Shown here: one piece after another, positions 49,941-57,661 of the stretch | Layout: each line of letters begins with the position of its first letter | Numbering within the stretch: the first letter of the stretch is position 1 | IMG/VR virus record: IMGVR_UViG_3300036940_000262 | From: an uncultured virus (IMG/VR IMGVR_UViG_3300036940_000262) | Taxonomy: Duplodnaviria > Heunggongvirae > Uroviricota > Caudoviricetes | Length of the DNA: 57,661 nt | Direction: 5' to 3' (one strand) | Program-made: the position numbers and the translations under genes | Notes under the pieces: generated by a model | Databases searched by the model: none | What the model was told of the DNA's origin: nothing | The model's input: the letters and a program-made list of their open reading frames with translations, nothing else

Positions 49941-50897
49941 ATGCGTAAAGTAAGTGAACCTTTAATATTAAAGGAGAGCAGTACATTAGACACTCAATTA
50001 AGGTCATTAGAAAACATGAGGGGTTATGTTTCTAATGATAGTGCCTCATTCCTAGAAAACGATATTAAGTTAATGAGCTTTGGTAGTGTTGGCGAGAAGT
50101 CCTTAATGTATGAACTAAAGTCATCTGATATGCCAATCTGTGTTATTAGAGACTTACATCTAAAACATGGTGACCTAACTGCTCAAATTGACTTTGTTGT
50201 AATCACAAGGGGTACTATATACTTATTAGAATGTAAGAACTTGAGTGGAAACATTGAAGTAAGGCATAATGGAGAGTTTATCCGTAAGTATAAATACGAT
50301 GGTAGAACTGTAACAGAGAGCCTGTATTCACCTATAACTCAAAATGCACGTCATCTTAGTATCTTTAAAAAATGTTTGAGTAAGAAACTATCTTTGAAAG
50401 ATAGATTATTTAACAGGTATAAGATAAAACCTTTAGTAGTGCTGGCAAACTCTAGAAGTGTTCTTAATACATTAGAAACGACCAAGTCTTTAATGAATCA
50501 AATCACTAAGATAGACTTAATTAATAAGAGGATTTCAGAGGGTTCTAAGTACAAACCTGAACTATCTAGAAGTCAGTTTAAGAAGGTTAAGAGGATGTCA
50601 TTAAAGGTACTGAGTATGCATGACTTGATTAGCACAGACATATCAAGCAAATACAAGAGGTACTCAAAAGATAAAGAAACTCAACTATTTGATGAGTTAA
50701 GAGCTTATCGAGCAAAGAAAACTAAAGAGGAACAAACAAAAGCGTATTACATCTTCACAAACAGAGAATTAGAGGATGTAGTATCTAATAAACCAAGAAC
50801 AGTTGATGATTTGAAAACTATTTATGGCTTTGGTAGTAAGAAGATTGAAGCCTATGGAGACGATATTATTTCAATTGTTTCAGGTGTTTGCGGTTAG
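49941..50897 (+). CDS. NERD plus HRDC domain protein (paralogue of 18022..18987)
   Basis: GSVGE, AQIDFVVI, LECKN, SPITQN; HRDC LRAYR...AYYIFTN.EL. Confidence 0.85.
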   Translation: MRKVSEPLILKESSTLDTQLRSLENMRGYVSNDSASFLENDIKLMSFGSVGEKSLMYELKSSDMPICVIRDLHLKHGDLTAQIDFVVITRGTIYLLECKNLSGNIEVRHNGEFIRKYKYDGRTVTESLYSPITQNARHLSIFKKCLSKKLSLKDRLFNRYKIKPLVVLANSRSVLNTLETTKSLMNQITKIDLINKRISEGSKYKPELSRSQFKKVKRMSLKVLSMHDLISTDISSKYKRYSKDKETQLFDELRAYRAKKTKEEQTKAYYIFTNRELEDVVSNKPRTVDDLKTIYGFGSKKIEAYGDDIISIVSGVCG

Positions 50898-50902
50898 AAA
50901 AC

Positions 50903-50927
50903 AGAGAGAAGCTTAAGGCTTCTCTTT
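50903..50927 (+). terminator. intrinsic terminator
   Basis: GAGAGAAGC / GCTTCTCTT hairpin. Confidence 0.6.
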
Positions 50928-51029
50928 AGTTGTTTCTCAACAAGAACTTTTCCTGACACTTTAGAGGGGTACTTAAGAAAAATGCTGTAATATAGGTACT
51001 TGCAGGTTTTTGTGGAAGGAACGGTAAAA

Positions 51030-51902
51030 ATGGAAAAATTCTTATTAAATTTAAATATTTTAGAGTATAATTATTTGGTTTTGTCGGATCGTGGTTTTGG
51101 GTTCACCACCTTGACCCATCAAAAAAAGGGCGAGAGTGCCGAATTTAAGGTCGTAGAGAATATAGAGGTGCTTTCCGAGTATGCTTTAATAAAGTCCCTT
51201 CTAAATGGCGGTATGGGCTATATAGGGGTATTGCGTAATGATAAAGAATGGGTGATAGTCAATTTATTGGAGGTCAGGCATCATGTTTGGAAGTCAGGGG
51301 TTCATTTAAATCCTGTTCTGTATGGTGAGGGTAACGAAATGTGCATCAGCACAATCTCATTTAAAGATGGTGGAGATGTGCTTAAGTTCCCACATAATAG
51401 CGATCCAGAGCTATTTGATAGAGAGACTTGCCTTGCCAACAAAGTATACAACTCTGGCTTATTCCTATTAGATGGTGAGTTTTTCAAGTATAAAGACACC
51501 ACTATCATAGTAGAAAACAGGTCTGATAAGACTGTAAAAGTGTTAGTAGACGGCGTGTTTAAAGATTTTCCAGAGGGTTCTATTGTTCAAAGCTGTGTAA
51601 TGCGGGGTAAACTACAAGAGGATGTAGAGCTTAGAGATTTACCTGTGTATGTTACCATTAATGATAGCGTTAATAACAGGACAATTTACTATAATTGGAT
51701 GACTACTAGCCTTGTTCAGGACGAGGACAACTTGTACTTATTAGCAAACAATAAAGACTTATTAAACGTTGGTAAGTGTGTAGAGTTTAATGGGAGAGAG
51801 TTAGGAAGTTTTTTGCAGGGGTATGTTGATGAGACAGATTTAAAAATTCCTATTCTGGAAACAAGCAGTAACTTTAATATATTGGAGGGTATGACGGTAT
51901 GA
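51030..51902 (+). CDS. hypothetical protein
   Basis: ORF coupled to the FHA gene. Confidence 0.55.
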   Translation: MEKFLLNLNILEYNYLVLSDRGFGFTTLTHQKKGESAEFKVVENIEVLSEYALIKSLLNGGMGYIGVLRNDKEWVIVNLLEVRHHVWKSGVHLNPVLYGEGNEMCISTISFKDGGDVLKFPHNSDPELFDRETCLANKVYNSGLFLLDGEFFKYKDTTIIVENRSDKTVKVLVDGVFKDFPEGSIVQSCVMRGKLQEDVELRDLPVYVTINDSVNNRTIYYNWMTTSLVQDEDNLYLLANNKDLLNVGKCVEFNGRELGSFLQGYVDETDLKIPILETSSNFNILEGMTV

Positions 51903-52630
51903 GAAAAGTAATAACAAATCATCATGAAAGTGTATTTAAAAACAACTTAGACTATCTAGACACTGTTAGAGTTGGGGAGCTTAAAACTGTTTCAGATGTA
52001 GCGACGTTACTAGAAACTTTTAATGAGTTTAAAAAAGAGGGTGATTTTAACAAGATTTTAGATGTAATAACAACAGAAAATCTTTACTGTTTCCTAGTAG
52101 GGGATGAAAATACGGATTTTGATTTGTTTAGTTATATTCAATCTAAACATAATACAGATGCGGTCATTTCTAGTATGAATGTTAAGTACCTCTTTCCATT
52201 GGAGTACTCAAGAGGTCTTTATTCTGAGATAGTAGAAGGAGAGACACCAGATGAGGAGGAGACAGGGGTACTAGAGGACGAGTGTGAAGATGAGGACGAT
52301 AGAACTACACTATTGTCTGAGGAGTCAGAGCTTAGTATTAGTCTACTAAACAAAGAAACAAACGAAGAGGCAACTATAACAGAGTTCCCTGTAAAGATTG
52401 GGAGGTCTTTGGATGCTGATATTAGATTCAAGAACACTAAAGCAATTGGACGAGTTCATTGCGAGATATACACAGTTGACGATAGGGTGTTTGTAAGAGA
52501 CTTGAACTCAAAGAATGGAACATCTGTAAATGGTGTAAGATTAGGATTAAACGGGGAGTCTGAACTTAAAGATGAAGATTTACTAACTCTAGCTAAAACA
52601 AACTTCAAAGTAAGTTTTGGCGGTATGTGA
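51899..52630 (+). CDS. FHA-domain protein
   Basis: IGR, GRVH and DLNSKNGT.VNG motifs. Confidence 0.85.
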   Translation: MRKVITNHHESVFKNNLDYLDTVRVGELKTVSDVATLLETFNEFKKEGDFNKILDVITTENLYCFLVGDENTDFDLFSYIQSKHNTDAVISSMNVKYLFPLEYSRGLYSEIVEGETPDEEETGVLEDECEDEDDRTTLLSEESELSISLLNKETNEEATITEFPVKIGRSLDADIRFKNTKAIGRVHCEIYTVDDRVFVRDLNSKNGTSVNGVRLGLNGESELKDEDLLTLAKTNFKVSFGGM

Positions 52631-53097
52631 TGATGACTAAACTACTTTTACTTTTAACTAAGAAGGATAAGGATAGTATCGAGGAGTGTGTAGAGTGCAT
52701 AACGAAGTATTTCTATCAAGGTGAAAAAGATAAGACAGGCGTAAAACTGTACGATTTGAATAAGAGTTTTAGTTTACAGATATCAGAGGTGTCAAAATCT
52801 TATAATGAGGATTATGACACTGGTTCATACATAAACTTTGAATTTTCCCAAGACAGTACTGTTGATTTCAGCTATTCATACATACCAAACAGAGGTGTTA
52901 TCTTAAAAAGCGGTAAATCTACTTTTCCTTTAGACTTTGAAAACAGTGTAGAGTGTGCTAAAAAGATAGATAAAGTGTTGAATATTTGGAATTATCGAGA
53001 GCGTATATCCTCAATGAAAATCGATAAAAAGAGGGGTAAGGACTTTAAGGTGTTTTTAGAAAGTCTGCCTGATAAGCTTTTATATGTGGTGCAGTAG
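52627..53097 (+). CDS. hypothetical protein
   Basis: Translationally coupled ORF. Confidence 0.5.
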   Translation: MMMTKLLLLLTKKDKDSIEECVECITKYFYQGEKDKTGVKLYDLNKSFSLQISEVSKSYNEDYDTGSYINFEFSQDSTVDFSYSYIPNRGVILKSGKSTFPLDFENSVECAKKIDKVLNIWNYRERISSMKIDKKRGKDFKVFLESLPDKLLYVVQ

Positions 53098-53236
53098 CGG
53101 TGTAATTAACTGTGAAAAATTCTTAATTTTTGGTAAAATTGTTCAAAAAAAGATTTTCAAAAGGCTGGGTTTATGGTATAGTAAGAGTGTAGATTACACA
53201 TACACATACTCTACATATAAATATACCAAAAACCCT

Positions 53237-53281
53237 ATAAAAACTCTATCTGAGACCACCCATCTTAGGTAGAGTTTTTAT
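53237..53281. terminator. stem-loop, likely terminator
   Basis: ATAAAAACTCTATCTGAGA / TCTTAGGTAGAGTTTTTAT. Confidence 0.6.
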
Positions 53282-53387
53282 GTTTGTAAAGTTTTTTATA
53301 CAACTTTTTAAAAAGTTTACAACAAGGTAATATTAAGATAGCTACTATCGTATAATACGTATATAAAATGTTTTGGAGGTATGTGTA

Positions 53388-53630
53388 ATGAAAAAAGTAA
53401 AGACAGTTCTGAGGGTGTTTAAAGGGTTACTATTCATTCTGGCAAATATTGTTTTATATACCATCATGTTTGCTCAACTGCTTGTACGGGTATTTATCAA
53501 GGTATTACAGCATTCCGTAAAAATTTTTGGAGAAGGGACGATTCGTACTGTAGATTTCATCGAAACGGTGACAGCAAGGTTGTTTTTAGCCTTAAGGGGT
53601 AAAAACGATAAGAAAAAGAGACGGGTTTAA
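53388..53630 (+). CDS. small membrane protein
   Basis: Promoter, GGAGG RBS and downstream terminator. Confidence 0.6.
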   Translation: MKKVKTVLRVFKGLLFILANIVLYTIMFAQLLVRVFIKVLQHSVKIFGEGTIRTVDFIETVTARLFLALRGKNDKKKRRV

Positions 53631-53701
53631 TCCTGTCTTTTTATTTTGTTGAAATTTTCAGAGAGACTGTTATATACGAGTGTTTAATAAATATATAGTA
53701 A

Positions 53702-54682
53702 GTGAGTGGCAAGGTGGAGGTGTTGAATATGCCAATCCGTAAATTCTTAAGTATTGCAGAAACACTGTGTGTATTTACAATTGAACTGTATAAGTGGTCT
53801 GAAGAGGTTCTAAAAGGGAACTTTACTTCTTACGAGCCTTTGAGCATTACAAAAGGCGTACCTGACAACGAGTTTAATTCAAAAGGTTATACAGATTTTT
53901 TAGATAAACTTGCTCGTTTTGACAGGCAAGGTTTTTTGGATTCAAAGTACTGTTTCATGACACCGAGGTTTTTATTTGAGGTGTTACGGTATGTCCATGC
54001 TAAGTATGCAGTTGGTTTAGACGTATTTACAATACTAAACAACAAAATGTCAGAGGTGTCAGATGTATTCAATATCTACACTAAACTAATTTCTCCTAGT
54101 AAGACAAGTCATTTTAACTTAACTTTAGGTTTAAGATGGAATGATTTTGATACTGTAGAGAATGTCGGGTGTATTCCTGTATATTGTGTAGTTGAGCGTT
54201 ATGGTTTTCCACCATACGAATCAGGGGTAATACCTTCTTATGCAGATGAGTTAGAATCTCATTTAAATTCTATATACAAAGACCTAGATTATATGTATAC
54301 TAAAAATGATGTTCTGTTATCGGTAGCAATTGTATACTGTACTGCTTTAGTTCATATAGAAGGACAAGGCAGTACTAGAGAGTCGGTATGGATGGTTGGA
54401 TTAGAGGAGTTTATCTACGACTCAACTTTTATATTCAGTTCACTGATAGATGCAAGAATACTGTATTCTGTATACGAGGAGTTTTGCGTAAACTTTGAAT
54501 TTGACTACTCTGACTTAGATAAAGTACCTTTAGCGTTATTTTACAACTACATTATAGAGTATTTAAAAAGAGAGTTTAATATCAGTGAGGATGTATTTGA
54601 TTTTGATGTTTTAAAGAGTGTTTGTGCGAAACACTGGTCAAAACATTGTAATGAATACAACTTAACTGAAGATGTAATCTAA
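53702..54682 (+). CDS. hypothetical protein
   Basis: Long ORF; GGAGG precedes MPIRK, which may be the real start. Confidence 0.55.
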   Translation: MSGKVEVLNMPIRKFLSIAETLCVFTIELYKWSEEVLKGNFTSYEPLSITKGVPDNEFNSKGYTDFLDKLARFDRQGFLDSKYCFMTPRFLFEVLRYVHAKYAVGLDVFTILNNKMSEVSDVFNIYTKLISPSKTSHFNLTLGLRWNDFDTVENVGCIPVYCVVERYGFPPYESGVIPSYADELESHLNSIYKDLDYMYTKNDVLLSVAIVYCTALVHIEGQGSTRESVWMVGLEEFIYDSTFIFSSLIDARILYSVYEEFCVNFEFDYSDLDKVPLALFYNYIIEYLKREFNISEDVFDFDVLKSVCAKHWSKHCNEYNLTEDVI

Positions 54683-55131
54683 AGATGTAATCAACAATGA
54701 GACAATCCTTAAATATTCTTATGGTGCGTTATGCTATTATGCTTTTAATTTTAGGTGTGGTTCTGAGGAGTATGTCTTAAAAGACAGAAAAGGCACTCTA
54801 GGTTACTTGGAGTTATTAAATAAGATGACAGATACTCTGGAAAACAAACCTGATTACACCTACAAAGGAACATACTCAGGTGAGTACATATCTGGTGTTT
54901 TGGGTGTATTTCTGAGCTTAGTTTGCAATTATGAGATTTCCATACCAATTAGGTCAAAGCTATATCTAGACTGTTTCAGGTTATCAATGAATGACAACTT
55001 AGGGGGTACTTTTTGTACTTTAGAATATATAAACAAAATAAGAAATTTACTACAGAGTTAAAGAAGCAATAACTGTGTACTTTTTTAGATAGGTATTTTA
55101 AATAATAGTGTTATATAGAAAAGGGGAGACT

Positions 55132-55332
55132 ATGTTTAAATCTAAAAGAGGCAACACAACTATAAAAGAAGGAAGTTATATATTAATTGACGGGGTAAAA
55201 GTGGTGATTAAAAAAGTAGATTATTTTAGAAGACGTAGCGATGGTTCAATAGACTTGATATACTATGATACAGATAACTCATTAAGAACTTGGGATTCAA
55301 GAAAAGACGGTGGTGAACTGTGTTCAGAGTAG
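55132..55332 (+). CDS. small hypothetical protein
   Basis: GGGGAG RBS before MFKSK. Confidence 0.5.
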   Translation: MFKSKRGNTTIKEGSYILIDGVKVVIKKVDYFRRRSDGSIDLIYYDTDNSLRTWDSRKDGGELCSE

Positions 55333-55410
55333 CAGGTAAAGATTATTCAAAATAATTGTGGGGTTTATAGCGGAGTAAGACGCTTTCAGATTTGGGGGTA
55401 CAGTAGTTTA

Positions 55411-56340
55411 ATGCGGTTTTATTGGTTCATACAAGAGAGGTACATTGCGATAATCAGTATAACGCTGTGTGTTATCTCGGCAGTGATTGTAGGTTTTCTG
55501 TTCACTGAAATGTGGGATAGTATAACCTTAAAAGGGTTTAACTCAAAAAACTATGATGCATCTTATAGAAAGGTAGTAGTTCTTGATAAAGGTTCTGCAA
55601 CCGGTAATGCTGAGTTACAAGTAAGTAAAGTTACGCTAGGTGACTTAGTATTAAACGAGGAGGACATTCGTGTAAACACCGAAATGAGTAAAACTACTAC
55701 TCCAGAGGATATTGACTACGATGCCTTATTATCAAATGTTCAAGAGTTCTATTCAACAACTCAAACTGAGGAAGTTATTGTTGAGGAAGTGGTAGAGGAA
55801 AACACAAATGTTCAAGTAGCAACTGTAACACCTGAGGGTTCTCTAACATTGCCAGCTTTAAGTGATTCTTCATTCAAGGGGTATATGTGCGCTCACATGG
55901 TAACAGCACCGAGTTCTTCTCAGTATAAATTTTTACATAGTGGTGATTACAAGTTTACTACAAACGCTGATGGTATAATGATGTACAACAACTATTATGT
56001 CGTTGCAATGGCATCATATTATACGGGGTACAAAGTAGGTTCAACTTTCAGAATTACTTTAGATTCAGGAACAGTATTTGATGTCATAACAGGTGACGAG
56101 AAAGCTGATGGTGATACAGATGAAATGAATATGTACAGACCTAAAAACGGTGAAGGTCGTGGGGAGATTATTGAATTTATTGTAGCTTGCGGTGATGAAG
56201 GTGAGAACTGTACTCAATATACACCGACACTTTCAGATGCGGCTAAGATGACAGGTAATTTCAACACATTAGGATTCCAAGGTAATGTTGTCAAGATTGA
56301 AAAGTTAGACGACTACAGTGTTTCAGATGCAATTAATTAG
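55411..56340 (+). CDS. membrane-anchored protein with possible cell-wall-acting (3D/DPBB-like) domain
   Basis: N-terminal TM segment; G...Y..YYVVAMASYY...G..F.I.LD.G......GD.KAD and IIEFIV. Confidence 0.45.
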   Translation: MRFYWFIQERYIAIISITLCVISAVIVGFLFTEMWDSITLKGFNSKNYDASYRKVVVLDKGSATGNAELQVSKVTLGDLVLNEEDIRVNTEMSKTTTPEDIDYDALLSNVQEFYSTTQTEEVIVEEVVEENTNVQVATVTPEGSLTLPALSDSSFKGYMCAHMVTAPSSSQYKFLHSGDYKFTTNADGIMMYNNYYVVAMASYYTGYKVGSTFRITLDSGTVFDVITGDEKADGDTDEMNMYRPKNGEGRGEIIEFIVACGDEGENCTQYTPTLSDAAKMTGNFNTLGFQGNVVKIEKLDDYSVSDAIN

Positions 56341-56869
56341 TTGACTAATAGAGTACAGTTCTTAATCAACTGTACTTTATTTAGTTAATTAAGCATACAT
56401 CAGTATACTGAGGTATCGTAGATTACGTAGATAGATAAGTATGATTTAAAGTCAGTATCAATAGAGGATTTTAAAACTTATGATGATAGAAATTCAACAG
56501 AGGAGTTTTTCAATGCTTTAGATACGAATTTAGGGGTACTTGTCGAGAATTTTTGAGGTGGTGAATTGGGTAAGAGGGTAATTTGCAAGATTGTAATAAG
56601 TGGTATGCAGACGCTTGATGTTTTGAGTGGTTTTGATTATTTAATGTTATCTGGTAAATGGAACAATGGTGATGGAAGGGTACTTAGAAGTTATTTGTCA
56701 CAACCATTACCAATTGGGTTAGAGTGTGTTTGTAATTCGGAGTATTACTTTTTATTAGATAGTGTAACATAGGGTATGCTTGTAGATTACCTTATACAAG
56801 TAACTTTCTATCCTATAATGGTTTAACTTGTAAGGTAGAAGATTTGAGGGCAATACTGGAGGGTATGCT

Positions 56870-57337
56870 GTGAGATTAGTGGTAATTGTTATATTAGGCT
56901 CCATGTTGCTTGGTTCTATGTTGGCTTTTAGTTTAAACAGTTTTGGTAGACTTAAGAACAACAAGAAAAACAAGGAGGCATTAATCACAGGTGTTATAGT
57001 GGCCTCGACAGTCTTAGGGGTAGTATTGTTTATGGGTATTCAATACTTACCTAAGTATGGTGATGCTGGTATAAACGATGCTTGGTTAAGTCAAACATAT
57101 GTAAACAGAGAATTAGACTTAAATGTTTTTCTTTTAGAGGATTCAATAAAGTTAGAAGACAAAGGGGTAGAGTTTGAAACAGATATTATTGTAGAAGACG
57201 ATTTATCCTCATTTAAGTATATGTCAAACAACAATCAAGTGATTGAAGTGACTTATCTTGAAGAAGGGAATCAAATAGTGTTCCATAATACGATTACAAA
57301 AGAGGATATTATATGTGATGTATGGTATAAGTGGTGA
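56870..57337 (+). CDS. membrane protein
   Basis: Two TM segments; GGAGGG RBS. Confidence 0.55.
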   Translation: MRLVVIVILGSMLLGSMLAFSLNSFGRLKNNKKNKEALITGVIVASTVLGVVLFMGIQYLPKYGDAGINDAWLSQTYVNRELDLNVFLLEDSIKLEDKGVEFETDIIVEDDLSSFKYMSNNNQVIEVTYLEEGNQIVFHNTITKEDIICDVWYKW

Positions 57338-57351
57338 AAGAGGGGTAGGTT

Positions 57352-57661
57352 GTGAAAAAGATTTTTATAGTCGTAGTGATTTTAGCAGTTGGTGGGATTA
57401 CTTATTGGTCGCTTTATGGAGCACCATCAGATAACTTGGCATCAATTGAGTTTATCCAGAGTAGAATGTTCAACGGTGAAATAATTGACCTTCAACAAGA
57501 TTTACGAGTAGAGGGTGTAGAGGATATAAAGTGGTATGAAAAGCGTAACAACATTTATATTGAGTATGGGACTGTGCTTTTGAAATATCCTGTATCTGAG
57601 TTTGTGAAACCTGAAGTACAGGAGGATTTAAATTCTATACTGCTAGAAACTAAGCAGAACG
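57352..57661 (+). CDS. secreted or membrane protein, runs off the window end
   Basis: GTG after GAGGGG; MKKIFIVVVILAVGG signal; frame open to the end. Confidence 0.55.
   Translation, partial: MKKIFIVVVILAVGGITYWSLYGAPSDNLASIEFIQSRMFNGEIIDLQQDLRVEGVEDIKWYEKRNNIYIEYGTVLLKYPVSEFVKPEVQEDLNSILLETKQN

Noticed and set aside
53084..53272. 62-aa ORF after 52627..53097
   Set aside because: It has no RBS and spans promoter-like and hairpin sequence, so it is probably non-coding.
808..56988. The many short minus-strand ORFs in the track
   Set aside because: They are shadows of + strand genes, rich in Ser/Phe/Leu, with no RBS or recognisable motifs.
1..57661. Alternative genetic code (stop-codon reassignment, seen in some large phages)
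   Set aside because: Genes are full length under code 11, and TAA, TAG and TGA all end genes directly before the next RBS or terminator.
1..57661. tRNA, rRNA, cas1/cas2, integrase or virion structural genes
   Set aside because: None were recognisable by eye, so the phage assignment remains an inference.

Overview
This is an AT-rich, gene-dense 57.7 kb segment with essentially all real genes on the + strand and a strong G-over-C skew. It most likely comes from a large phage or phage-plasmid of a low-GC Firmicute host. That is inference: the RBSs are Firmicute-like and no virion genes are visible in the window. Replication and recombination genes include a Toprim primase, gp32-like SSB, Mre11/SbcD, a Rad50/SbcC split into two genes, a beta-clamp-like protein, UvrD and RecJ. 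The window also carries a ParM-type actin segregation cassette with an 11-bp repeat centromere, a large FtsK/HerA-like ATPase next to a J-domain gene, two NERD-HRDC paralogues and a decayed IS605-type element. The standout is a stand-alone ~410-aa TnpB-family RuvC nuclease (rearranged catalytic Glu, no zinc finger, no transposase) ending 35 bp before a CRISPR array of 36-bp repeats and five 30-bp spacers. An anti-repeat lies between gene and array, and a hairpin loop in the gene end can pair with the repeat 3' terminus. This looks like an omegaRNA split into tracrRNA plus crRNA, i.e. a candidate compact TnpB-to-Cas12 intermediate. It is expressed from the same unusual promoter class (RGGTA-N21-TATAAT) found about 11 times in the window. 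All protein calls come from motif recognition by eye, not database searches.
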